Source: Trichosphaerium sp. ATCC 40318 (Eukaryota > Protista > Tubulinea). From it: a DNA stretch of 64,000 nt. The position numbers and the translations under genes were made by a program. The notes under the pieces are model-generated. The model worked only from the letters and a program-made list of their open reading frames with translations, had not been told where the DNA came from and searched no databases. The stretch's first letter is position 1; every line of letters begins with the position of its first letter. The stretch covers positions 1 through 64,000 of the forward strand of contig JALMLS010000589.1 in NCBI GenBank assembly GCA_038496445.1, given 5' to 3'. Positions 51,619 to 64,000 of the stretch are shown here, one piece after another.

Positions 51619-52105
51619 AGCAACAACGCCTTGTATATTTACTTGCATAATAGCAATAAAATGCAATAGTTTGCGGTGTATCTTTCATATCTCAATCACG
51701 TGTGATTTATTCCATGGTAGCCTCAACCTTCGAACCTGAGCGATTTTACTAATAAATATGTTGTTATGGAGATTCACGGCGCGTAACAGCGTAATATTCG
51801 GTACAACGAGTTCGTTTATTCTTCGGGACTGGTGTACCTACAGGGGGAATACTACAAGAATAGTTCACTTGTCGCATCATACATGTGATTTTACGATAAA
51901 AACGGCCGGTGTTTTTTATTTTTGACAGCGTATAGGCGTCTACGATGAACCGTTACATCAGTACAAAGGATTGTTTCTACCTTGCAGTATTGTGGTTCGT
52001 TTATTTTCCATTAAAACAATTTTTTGACCCATTTTGACCCAAGCTGTGAAGCATTCTTTAAGAATTTAGAAAAGAACGAAAGCCGCTCGCGAAAAGACCT
52101 GTCAG

Positions 52106-53401
52106 ATGTCTCAAACACTTTTAGAATTATTTCTTACACTATGTCTACCAAATAGAACCTTCTCAAAGAGATGCAAAGTACGTACTTTGGATGAAATATT
52201 TGCATTATTTTTTTATCACGTGGGTCGAAACGGTTTCTTATATTACAAAAGGTTTTCTTCAAAGGAGATAAAATGGTTATGGGGTGGTTAGTTTACTTGA
52301 GTAAAAAAAGCACAAAATTACTTCTTGCTCGCGGTAAAGGCGTTGAATCAACACTACGCAATGCATATGACTTTGGTATAAGATCTACAATACCTGTAAG
52401 TCAGTTTAAACCGTAAAAAAACCCAAAAAAATATCAACACTCGTTGACAATTATTTGCAGTTTTCTCTTTTATTTTTTTGTAGTTTTTGGTTTTTCTTGC
52501 CACGTCGTGAAGTTTACTTATTTTTTTTCTTTTAGAGAGTTAGAAGGCAGTTTACAAAGCGTCTTATTGGTGGTAAAATGTTAAATGAGTTTGTATTTTT
52601 TCATCCGCTAGGACCACCAAATATGACACAAGAGTTTGATCCTTCAGAATTTAAACGTGTAGGACACTTTAAAGTAAAAGGCACGTGACACAAGAACAAT
52701 CTAAACTCAAAAAAAAGGAAAAAAAATCAAAAAAAAAGCACTTTGCGTTCAGTTTGTTCGCGGGTTTTTAGTTATTCCCCTCAGTTCTTATTCTTATTGT
52801 TTTATATAGGGTTTCTAAGCGTTAAAGAGGTTCCAAACGATACCCCAAAAGAAAAACAAACGCGGTTCGTACAACCTGACCAACAACAAAGGAAACAAAT
52901 CGACTGTTCTAATAATACATACCCTTCACCTGCTTCATTCCAATGGGACGACGAGCAAACATTTGATCAAACTGTGAGCGAATCATTCCGAAGTGATTCA
53001 AGACCGCCTCAAATGAGTTCATACGATATAGATATTAATGAAAGCGAATATACACAAGAATGGACAGAAGAGCTACCTGAAGATATTTCAAGTATTCTTC
53101 AACATTCACAAAAAAATTCAACATTACAACCGAATCACGTTGACTCTATCCAAATACGCCAAGACCACAGATGGTATCTCTAGTACAACAACAACAACAA
53201 CAACAACGACATCAACAAATTCAACAACATCAACAACACCAAAGGCAACAAGTTCAACAGCAGCAACAACAATTAAGTTCTATGTCTTTGGCAGAGCGTG
53301 TTGCTTTTCTAGAATCGTTTTGTTGTCAACTACAACGCGAGAAAGAAGTATTAAAAGGAGACGTTGATTTTTTAATGACAATGTATTCTGGTAGCGTATA
53401 A
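52106..53401 (+). CDS. Putative transcription factor with a divergent HSF-like DNA-binding region, poly-Q and C-terminal coiled coil
   Basis: KGVESTLRNAYDFGIR and EFVFFHPL resemble HSF SSFVRQLNxYGF and EFxHPxF; poly-Q; LAERVAFLESFCCQLQREKEVLKGDVDFL. The frame link at about 53140-53170 is unresolved. Confidence 0.5.
53186..53272 (+). repeat. CAA/CAG-rich trinucleotide tract encoding poly-Q
   Basis: A pure (CAA)n run followed by imperfect CAA/CAG/CAT units. Confidence 0.85.
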
Positions 53402-53868
53402 AGCAAGAACTTGAAACTTTTAAAAACCCAGAAACAAAGCGACGTGAAGAGAAAGAGATGAGACAAAAAAAAACTTGAACTCGGAGATTACCCGAACATC
53501 TCAATCTCTTCTATCCAAAACCCCGAAAGGCCTTTCGCGCCAACGATGTATATTATTAACCCCTAAATTATTATGAAAATAAAATATAACTCCAATATGT
53601 CATGTTGTTTATTGTTTGGAAGAGTAGCATGCAGTGATGGCCCTTTTGTTCCAAAGAAAATTATTGAAAAAATTTATTTCCTGTCGTTCGCGTTATTGCC
53701 TTAGTCTTACGGAAGCTCAGTGAAACTTTGCTACAACGTGATATCCCTCAAAGCTTTCGTCTTTCGTTCTGGACTAGCCAACCTTTTTGAGAAACTTTAC
53801 AATAGTGGCCAACACTTGATTTACCAAAAGAAGCAACAACAAAATAAGTATGAAAGCAGAAAGTTTAT

Positions 53869-55209
53869 TTATGCTGTGATAGTAAGAGTGTTTTCGCATT
53901 TAGCAAGCTCGAAAGAATGAGCATGTGGGCTATCACATTGACCTTCGCAGATTCTGACTTGTGTTGTGTACTCACCAGGAATGAAAGGATAGAACTAAGT
54001 GAAGAAGTTAGTGAATACCTTTTTTTTCATTTCTTTTTTTTCAGAACGTACTTGTTGAGGCTTCAAGGAAAACTTCTCTGTTACAGTGTACTTTGCTGGG
54101 CTCTGTTGTACAGCATATCCACCACCACCTGTACAACGTGTATTAGTTATGAAAGCCAAAAAAGTTAAAACATGTGAAAGAAAAAAAACACTTGCCTGCT
54201 GGAAGACCGTCTTTTGGGATTATAGCGAATTGAATCTCTGTAGTTCCAGTGGTATTGAGAACTTGGTAATCACCGCTAAGAGTGACAGTGCCACCTAGAA
54301 GGAAAAGTTTGTAAGAAGAAAAACTCAAACAAAATCTTAGATGTCCAGATTTGTGGTGCTACATACCTCTTCTTACTGTTTTTGGTTCAACTGGGCAAGA
54401 AATGAACTTAGCCGCTGCGGTATCTGAGAAAGGACATACACTGATATCTTCACATACAATAACAGGTTCAGGATCGACGCTAGCGTAAAAGTAAGCGAGA
54501 GGTACAGAAAACAAGCAGTCACGTTTTTCTAAACGACAAAAAAAAGGCAAAAAAGTCCAAAGCCAACGCACTCGTCTACAGCCTTCATGAAAGCTTCAAT
54601 GCCTACGTAAGCACAGAGCAAGTCGCATACTGCAGCTTCAAGTGAGTTATTCAATTGACCGCACAAGTCATCACATGATCCAATAACACCTCCATCTAGT
54701 AAAAAGAATAAGAACCAATTTTTTTACTATCTGCTAACGGTTTTTTTTGCCATTGAACTATCGGTACACAAAAAAAAAAGAGCAACGTAAACTTCAGAAA
54801 CAAGCGCCGCACAAGCCTTGGAGTTGTACAACACCAAGCCTTACAAGCGTGAGCTCACAATAAAGCGAAAAACTTGTCGTTTTGAAACACGTCACGTGAC
54901 AAAAAGGTTTTGGCTTGGGTGTTACGTACTAGCGATAATGTCCAAGATTTCATCAATAGACTGACCAATAAGAGACAACTAAAGCCGTTTTTAGTTAAAA
55001 TTTCGTTAGCGGTTAAATTTGAACGCAGTCAGAGCGTTGACGGCAAAAAAAAACTACTACGATGAAGTTTGTTTATGGAAGATACTTACACAAGTTTGGC
55101 AGTAGGCGTACTCAGCCAGCGGTTGTCTTTGCTTGTTTATGCTGATATTGCTGGCACATACAGCAAGTACGAACGTTAATACAACGATAACAGAGAGAGT
55201 TAACTTCAT
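53869..55209 (-). CDS. Countin-like secreted saposin-B domain protein
   Basis: Signal peptide; YCQTCVSLIGQSIDEILDIIANGGVIGSCDDLCGQL...AVCDLLCAYVGIEAF...VDPEPVIVCEDISVCP and C-terminal FIPGEY...ICEGQCDSPHAHS, matching the layout of Dictyostelium countin. Confidence 0.85.
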
Positions 55210-55731
55210 CTTAGGATACCGATACAAAAAGTGAATTATTAATGACTCACAAGAACACATATCCCTAACTTAATGCTGTGTCATAAATGTGTTGTCTCAG
55301 GATTACCTCCTTTCAGTGTGAAAATAGGTGGAGATGATAGTATACCAGTTCACGTGGATATTCATACAGGATAGTAATATTTCTGAGCACGTGATTATTT
55401 TACTTACAGCTTCGTATGCATAGCTACCTGCAACTAAACTACCCACTGTACATACGCTGTGTTGTTAGACTTCATACTCAGAGTGCTTTTTTTTCTTTTT
55501 TTCGAGCATACTTAGAGCGCTTGGTAGTTTGTTCCATTATTCACATGCTGTAAATTCAACTAATGTCGAAGGTACCGCCACACTCCAGAGTGAGTGAGTT
55601 AATACGTTTTGTATAGCGTAGTGGTTAGTACGCGATACTAAGCAACATAGAGATGATCCAATACACTTGACAAGTCGGAAACTGTCGTTTGGTTTAATTA
55701 TTTTTACAGCGATTTAGTTATTCGGTTACCT

Positions 55732-58700
55732 TTAAACTAAAGGCGTTGTTTCATTTCCATTCTTCTTGGCCAACTTCTTTGCTTTTTCTTCGTTATATAT
55801 ACTCTCAGGTACTTGTACTGTATCAGCATCTACACTAACAGTTGTATGTTGCTGCCCAACACGTTGTTCTCCCTGAAAGCGAAAAAACACATTAGAATAA
55901 GAGTGTTTTGTTTTGATGATTCCTTGTGAGGAACAAATATGGTTTGATGTTAAAATTACTTACTTTATATGTGTAACGACCTTGAGGATACAAAAAGAAG
56001 AATCTTGTTATAATCAAATCTTCATCCCTTACCTAAATAACATGGTAAGTCAAGTTTAACTTTTTTTTACAAAATCGAAGATGGGCTCATTCGAGAACAT
56101 ACAACGTAAATACTGCCATTACTAGCTGTTTTTATAGATCCCATACGACCCATAGAACGTTCATCAATAACCTCCACCATTGCTATACAAGCTATATTCG
56201 TAGAAATTTCAGATTTATCCCAACCTAAATAAAAGAAAAATCAATGAAAAACCTCCGACCAAAGACATGAACTACTGTTGATTTATAGCCATTAATATAT
56301 ACCTGGTCCAGGAGATACATATCCGAAAGAAGTACTAGAATGCTTAGCCAAGTAAATACCTGGACCATAAGCAGCACCAGCAGACATTTTTTTAGTATTT
56401 GAGTAATTTTTCAAACCAACTCTGAATATCGCATGCCAGTTTCCAATAAACGACCCATGGAATGCTATCAAAAATATTAATTAATACTCTCTTATGCCAA
56501 CTCTTAATTTAGATACAAACTAAACATAAAAATCCGATTTTTTGATCTGTAAACGTACCATAAAATGAACCTTTCTTCGCTCTTTTCTTTCGAAAGCGTA
56601 ACTACAAACAAAAAAAATGTTAAACAACGTTTTTGTTGATTTTGCACGTGTGTGTCTCATCACGAACATATGTCTACCCACTAACCTCTTTCTTTGGATT
56701 ATCTGAAACCATCACAAACTGAAACGGTGTCTTCATGGCAGGTATTTGCTAAACAGTAAAGATGAGTTTAAAGTGAACATCAAGTGGTAAACAAACCTGA
56801 GCATCTGGAATTGGTGCCAAATGTGCGCGATTACTCATCAGTATCCACCTTAGCAGTGGATAGCATAAAGCGTCCTTATTTGCAAGCATTTGTATTAACT
56901 GATTTTCAGTCTGGCAATTTGCCATATTGGGTACAGAAGGTATCTTTGATAAAACAGTACTCTAAAAAAAACCCGGATATGAATCAGTAAAATGTTGCCT
57001 TCATTATTCAAACATGACTTTGACGCACAACTCTTTGTTTATCCTTTGTTTTTGGATCTACCATAAAAGTATGCTCTTTCTCCTCAAAAGCATCATCGCC
57101 TGTTTTGATTTTTTCAAAAGCACGCACATTCTAAATAAAAAAGAAATAATAAGAAAATAATAAGAACGGAAGCAAACAACATAAAGTAAAGCACTTAAAG
57201 ACTTTTCAAAGTTATGAGTACATAAATAACCCTAATGGGTCCTAAATAAAAGAAAACAAAGCAAAAGCGCAAAAATGTCAGAAGTGTCAAATGTCAAAAA
57301 CTGCAATGTGTCAAGAAAAAAATTAAAAACGCAATGTCGTACTTCAGGGTAAGGCTCAAATACATCAACATTATTACGTCGTGGATTTTTAACACAACAA
57401 CTTGTGATACTTATAAGTAAATCTACTACAAGTCCTCTATGCTTTATATCCGCCAAAAGATTAAACCCAAGACCATACTCATCAAAACTGTAAAAAGGTA
57501 AGGCTTGCAAAAAACAAAGTTTGTTTGTTACCTATGATTACATAACGCTTTAGAACATACAGCAGGTTTTACACCACGGTATCCTAGAGGTGTATCGCAT
57601 ATAATACAATTATAAGAGCATGTTTCTAATCGTTTTTGTGTATACTCGATAACGTTGAGAAGAAAGTTCGAACCTTCTGAACATAAAATAATTAGCTTGG
57701 TTTTCTTCATTAATCAAGCAGGCGACAACATCAGTTGTCGCTATAACAAATATGCCTGGATTTTACACCTTTTGTAAGGGTGGTTTTGAGTACCCATTAC
57801 TTTACCGTAGATAAATATTGCACATACCAAAGAAGTTCTCATAACGCTTCCAAGCAGCGGCTTTTGTAGGGGAGCTGTGACGTCTATTTGCTTTAGAACT
57901 TTTGCCCTAAATATTGGGATCAGCAACATGCATGCGTACGCCTATGACTGCTTTAAAAGTATTAATATAACAAACCTTTCTTTTCTTTGAAAATAAAGAA
58001 CCACTCCTTTTACGTGTCATTTTTTTCCCTCCACTCTTCTTAGATGATTTACGACGTTTTGACTTTGATGGTGATGATGAAGACTTTTGAGGCTCTATAA
58101 CTTTAGGACTATCTGGCGCAGGTATGGGAGAATTCTTTTTCTTGCGTTCCAGTTGTATCTAATACACTTATAAGGGTAACTCGAAAAGAGATAAAATAAA
58201 CAATTAACTGATTAAGTAAGCAAAGAAAAACTTTTGGCTTATTTTCTTCTTACTTTTTCTGTGTTATCACCCCGCCTGTAGTATGTAATCCAACTCTTTC
58301 GAAGGGCGTCCTTTATCCTATTCTCCAAAAACCACCTAAGCAACTCATGTTAAACAAAAGAGTTGAATAAACTATTAAATTCTTAACCTTAAACCAAAGT
58401 CTCTTGCTCCACGTATTTTCATACCATCCAAAGAAGTTACATCTGTTTGGCATATGTATAAACTAGGTGGCTATACATAGTTAATTACTCATATCAAAGT
58501 AAGGGGTGAATCATTGGCATAGTATAGCTTCACATAACTTACTTCTTCCACATCATTTAAATACCTGCCCAAAAGTTAGATAAAAAAAGATGGAAAACCA
58601 GTTTTCTGACGTACTTCCATGAGAATGTTAGTTGTACAATTATAGGCATTTTATTAGATATACCCCAAGCACTAGCTGTCCATTTATTGATCCAAGCTAA

Positions 58701-59730
58701 ACATAGATGTGAATATAAGAGAGGAAAAAAAACAAAGAAAAAAGCATCGCATTTTTTGACACGTGTCAAAGAGCTAATCTAACAGTAACGTACATGTATC
58801 TACAGACAAACGAATAACCAGTTGTCCGCCAGTGTCTTCAAAGAACCCACAAATAGGATGAGACTTTTTAACCTCAGTTAAATGAGTATTAAGCGTTTCT
58901 CGTATTATTTTGGAATGTTTCTTGTTTTTCTTATCTGGAGCCATAGCTAAATCGATTATAAGCATATGTACGTAATCCTCACGTATTAAAAAAGCGTATG
59001 AGACGATTAACAACGCCAAAAGAGGTAATTTGATTTCGAACCTGGCGAAACGTTTTCTGAAATGATAGAATTATCGTTTAAAGCGCCACTGACATACCTG
59101 GTTTCTCTCCGCGCTTGAGAAAACGAAAGTCTTCAAGACTCTTGTTAAACTGATCTAATTCTTCTTCTAGCTCCGCATCACGCTCTTTCGTACGCTGGTC
59201 GGAGCAATACTCTTATTTAGAGAGTTAGAAATTAGATTCAAGCCTAATAATGAACGTACCAAACACAACTTTATCAAAAGCCTGCTTTATAGTACCAGGA
59301 GGTAATATTTTTATGTCTGAGGAGAATTGAAGACGATCGACAGGTGTAAGTAGAGTAAATTCGCCTAACGCCCTGTTATTTGTGTCTATGGGTTTTCAAT
59401 ATGTTTTACCTTTTGGGTACTCATCTGGGACAACTAGTACAAGCGTATCAGAGAAAATTAAATCGTGTAAAACTCGAAATACACATTACCTAACGCTACG
59501 ACTTCCTTATTACCATCTTTTAGGTGTAGAGAGAACGATACCGTTATATCACCATCGAAAGACACATCTAACTTGAATAAGATATATATCGTATACTTGA
59601 CGCGATATTACAGCGTAGCACCGCCAGAAAAAATTATTTAGAGAACTGTACCTGTTATTTTTGAATCATCCGCAGAATAAGCTTTCTTTGCTTCTTCAAT
59701 GTCTTTCTGTATTGTAGTAGCGCGAGACAT
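55732..59730 (-). CDS. PARP6/PARP8-like ADP-ribosyltransferase, many introns
   Basis: CIICD...KPAVCSKALC zinc region; VVDLLISITSCC; AFHGSFIGNWHAIFRVGLKNYSNTKKMSAGAAYGPGIYLA; CIAMVEVID; DEDLIITRFFF. Confidence 0.88.
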
Positions 59731-60321
59731 GCGCTATAAATACAAGACTACAAAAAAAAACGTTTTTGAACTTTCACCGAACTTAAACTGTTTTGATATA
59801 CGGCTTTGAAGTTCCGAAGCCACAAGATTTGAGCGTTGCAATCAATTACATAAGTTTTTTACTTGAATTGCTAGTGTCTTGCCGACTTGCACCAACATTA
59901 ACCCGCTGTGTGCACTAATGGAGTGGTACGCGCGCCAGGTATAAGCAATGAGGCCCTCTTTGTAGTATAACCTAAATCGCTCTCAAAAGCTCCTGAAACT
60001 ATTCAGATATCGTTTAAGCATTGATTCACGTGAATAAAGAATACTCATATCATTAAGCAATTCATCGATTGACATGAACTTCAGTAGAAAACTTTTTTAT
60101 TATTTCTGGTTGTTGATTACAGAATTCAATGAAGTTGCCCAAATTAAACATCCTGAAACTGTTGCACAATCCATTATTGTAACTATTAGTAACCAACTGA
60201 TTTAGTAATTTGTTTACCACATTTTTGCCAAGAAATCACTGAACTCTTAAGTCTGGGTAGTGCGAAATTTATCAGAATAAAATAGCTCGGAATTGTAGCA
60301 TATTACTTAAAACAAAACAAC

Positions 60322-61886
60322 ATGACAACTACAACACCTGATATGTGGACAAGCGATAAAGTTAGAACAACGTTTATAGAGTACTTTGTGACAAAGCACA
60401 ATCATGTACATCACCCATCTTCTCCAGTATTCCTAAGTAATGATCCGACTTTACTTTTTACAAATAGTGGCATGTGCCAATTCAAAGACATCTTCCTCCA
60501 AACGTCTTCATGTCAAGAATTGCCTTCAAACCGTCTTATTACTCACCAAAAGTGTGTACGTATTGGAGGAAAACATAATGACTTGGATGAAGTTGGTACT
60601 GATGGCACGCATCATACTTTTTTTGAAATGTTGGGAAATTGGTCTTTTGAAGACTATTGGCAAGAAGACATTATTCCTTGGGTATGGGAATTATTAACGA
60701 AAGTCTACAAGCTTGATGAAAAAAGGTACGGCACGTTCAATACAGAAATATGCTAAATCATTACAAAGGCTGTATGTGACATACTTTGGTGGAGACGAAA
60801 AGCTTGGGTTAAAACCTGACAACAAAGTGAAAGAGATTTGGTCTAAATTTTTACCAGAAAACAAGATTGTACCGTACGGCTTAGAAACATTCTCAAGAAC
60901 GAAGCAATAATATAATTAATTATAACCTCTCCCAGATTTGGTAGTAAAGATAATTTTTGGGAAATGGGAGAGATAGGGCCTTGTGGAACGAGCACGGAGA
61001 TTTTCTATGATATGGTTCCAAACAGAGAAAATGTTGGAAACTTGATTGACATTGACAAACAGATTGTCGAGATATGGAACGTTGTATTTATGAAATACCT
61101 ACGGTATGTATTACGTACTAATATATACAGTAAAATACTTACATATCTTAGTGTAATAGACCGTTCTGTGAAGTTACTACCAAGCAGATATATCGATACT
61201 GGAATGGGATTGGAGAGGTTGACGTGTTGTCTTCAAAACAAAATGTGCAACTACGATACAGATGTTTTCGAAGAAACAATAAGCACCATCAATGAAATAA
61301 CGCCTTGTTGTTATACAGGAAAGTATGGTGAAGAAGACGAGAATGAAAAAGATAAGTCCTACAGAATTCTATGTGATCACATTAGAACGATTGTGTTCAT
61401 CCTGACAGACGGCATTGTACGTTTCTTAACTATTATGAACTTCTTGTACAAGCCGCTCTCATTCTCTATCTAGGTACCAGGTCCCAAAGGAAGAAGCTAT
61501 GTGCTTCGATTACTGATAAGAAGATGCATCAATGTCGGAAGGCGCTTGACTTCTGAAGGGCCATTTCTTGACAAGCTAGTACATTGTGTTGTGCAAAAAC
61601 TTGGTCACGTGTACCCTGAAGTAGTAAAACGTGAAAAGCATGTTTTGGAAGAAATTAAGAAAGAACAGCTGTTGTTCTTAGAAGTAGTACAAAAGAGTAC
61701 GAATGAATAGTGTTAAAAATGTTACTAATTGTTTTGATAGGTATTAAAGAGTTCAGAAAAAGAACGAAGAAGTTGAACCATGGCGATTCTATACCCCAAA
61801 AGACAGTTCAATTATTAAGAGAGTCGCATGGTATGCCAAAAGATGTTATTGACACTCTGTGTAATCAATTTGGATTTGTGTTGTAA
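60322..61886 (+). CDS. Alanyl-tRNA synthetase paralog comprising only the aminoacylation and tRNA-recognition domains (no editing or C-Ala domain)
   Basis: [87 protein letters not shown]. Stop TAA at 61884-61886 just after SHGMPKD, followed by AATAAA and a convergent gene. Confidence 0.88.
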
Positions 61887-61944
61887 GATTACTATTGTTT
61901 CTCTGAATAAACATTCTCTATTAACTACAACGGCGGAAGAAATT

Positions 61945-64000
61945 TTATTCTTTTACATTTATAACTTTGCCCGTTTTGTGGTTTTTCATTGTGTATGGAA
62001 ATATCCAGGCTGGTCTTACTATGACTAACACAACAAGGACGATGATGACAATCAATAAAATGGCAGCTGTAATTCCACCAATTAAGTATTTAGTTGTGGT
62101 ACTTGTTCCGGATGACTTGCTGGCATTGCATTCAGTGTCATCAACAATCAAAAACAAAGTACTTGTTTCTAAGTATGAGTAAGAAGTACGTTGAAAGTAG
62201 TAATATGCTACCTTGTTTGACATTGCCATTACGACATCCATCAATCTCAATATTGGGAACAGAGTCTACTTTGCAGTTGGTTTCGTCATAGCTGGCAAGT
62301 GTTGAGCTTTTCAGAAGATCTGCTGCTTCATCCACAATCATATTGGCCCCTTAGAGGAGAATTTTGAGCACTCTTTAATTTGTGATAGTCTTACCTTCAA
62401 TCTCAATACATCCTTTGACATCGAAAGTTACAGTACCATTAGTCATAATCGTACTTCCATTTGTCCAAATCAAGTCACCTTTAACATATCAGAAAATGAA
62501 GCATGACTGCGTTATGGTTGCATTGTGGTACCTAGAATTACAATGACTCCGCTTTTTAATATCAACAAAGGCGGTACTACATAGTCTCCAAGTACTGTCC
62601 ACGTGCCATTCACACATTCTTGTTCCTCAATTAATTTGTCTCCTATTTCACAAATAGAATTCTCGTCTGCAAGTTGCAGTCCCGAATCAGAGTTGTACCA
62701 AAGTTCTCCATTAGGTCCAAATTCAGCGCATTGAACACCCGATTGATTTTTATGGCTAAATACAATATTTCCTGTACGCCAATGAGAAACCAATGAGGAA
62801 AAAAAAAGAAAAACAAGAAAAAACAGCGAAAAAACCAATACACAGGTTTGGTCAAATATTAAGTGCGTTGTGTAGATCATATGTACCTTGTATGTCTATG
62901 ACAAGTACTTCTTCATGTGCTGCAGCTGCTATAAGACCCGTTTGTTTATTGTATCTTATCCTTTGTACTTTTTTTGGATCATATTGTTTTTTGAAGAAAA
63001 CAGAGTTCTGTGTAGGGTTACCTGTAGATGGTTTATTAGCTCATTTTCGTGACAAAATTTTTGATACCTTTGTAAGATTAACAACCTCTTACAAAGGCTG
63101 CCTGACACAAAAAACAAAGTTACTTTGGGGCTATTTTACAATATTTTAACGAAACTGTGAGTGAATTCCGATTTAAAGATAGATTCTTTGCTCAACGTAC
63201 GAACATCGTATTTGTAAATCTCATATCCATTACTTACAAGCAACTCATACTCTGAAATGAAGGTACATCCCTTTATTTTTAATGTCAAATTTTGTGATGT
63301 TGAAAATACTGAAAACTTACTTGTGCTCCATACTGGTCCCAGTTAGTTCTGGCTATATTATAATCATGGTGATATAAACCGGTTGATTCATCTTTTTTAT
63401 AAGTCAAAGGACCAACACCACTTATTCTAATGTTTCCAACAACCAAATAAGTGCCACTTGGGTTAAATTCAAGGTGTCTGAAATGGCGTGATGGAATATA
63501 ATCTGGTAACTCTATTTCGTCAACATATTTTATAGATGGCCACTCAAACATCACCTTATTGTACTCATTAGAAAGAAAAATCAAGAAAAATCTAGAAAAA
63601 AGGACGCATCGAAATGCTGTTTTGTTGAACACGAAAAAAACAAAAAAAAAAGCATTTACGATTTTTTTTGTGGATGAAGCACTAGCGTAGAGTATATTTC
63701 CATTGATTGCCAAACCTATTTTATTAATGACATAAATGTTAGCTTTAAAATAACCAAGCAGGGGATAAAATCACGGTACCTTGAGGTTGAGTTGGGGCAA
63801 ACTTTCCATTATTCTGCCATGTCTCTATTTCGAAACCAGGTATTAAACAACCTATTTGTTGGATACTGTTTAGTAACAACTTGTACAATATGACGCACAC
63901 CTGTTGCATTCATTGCTATAATTTTGCCCGCGTTGTCGTCTGTTGTAACAGCCAAAAGAGCAGTATTGTCATCTATCCATAGCATATCCTGTAAACCATA
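61945..64000 (-). CDS. Large single-pass membrane protein (beta-propeller-like ectodomain), 3' part only
   Basis: Multiple exons with WD-like strands (LEFNPSGTYLVVG, CAEFGPNGELWY), a Cys-containing stalk, TM YLIGGITAAILLIVIIVLVVLVIV and a short tail; continues past the window end. Confidence 0.7.

Noticed and set aside
53038-53367. Thr-rich mucin-like ORF
   Set aside because: Alternative reading of the CAA tract; the poly-Q frame leads into a more protein-like coiled coil.
53524-53537. Perfect palindrome CGAAAGGCCTTTCG
   Set aside because: Single short occurrence in a 3' region with no supporting context.

Overview
AT-rich, very compact eukaryotic nuclear DNA with many short GT-AG introns (donors often GTACGT/GTAAGT/GTATGT), most likely an amoebozoan: it carries a countin-like saposin gene, Ras, Rac, calponin, MYG1 and a PARP6/8-like gene. 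The supplied ORFs are mostly exon fragments, so I assembled about 33 gene models by eye; internal splice sites are approximate. Three layers stand out. (1) Intron-rich housekeeping genes plus several bacterial-type enzymes or domains that carry introns: a fused HyuA-HyuB hydantoinase/oxoprolinase, an FGE-sulfatase-domain protein, an alpha-dioxygenase-like peroxidase, a StrG-like dioxygenase and a NIT-domain sensor. (2) hAT transposon relics, including a MITE nested in a deleted hAT element with recognisable target-site duplications. (3) A dispersed, rapidly turning-over set of ubiquitin-system genes: seven intronless F-box/LRR loci whose 63-nt repeats have a near-invariant frame but three hypervariable surface codons, two F-box-like/MORN genes, an F-box/degenerate G-alpha fusion, a further F-box gene, a MATH gene and an atypical di-ubiquitin. 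Layer 3 is the best candidate for an undescribed system, a diversifying SCF-based intracellular recognition (immune-like) repertoire; that role is inference.
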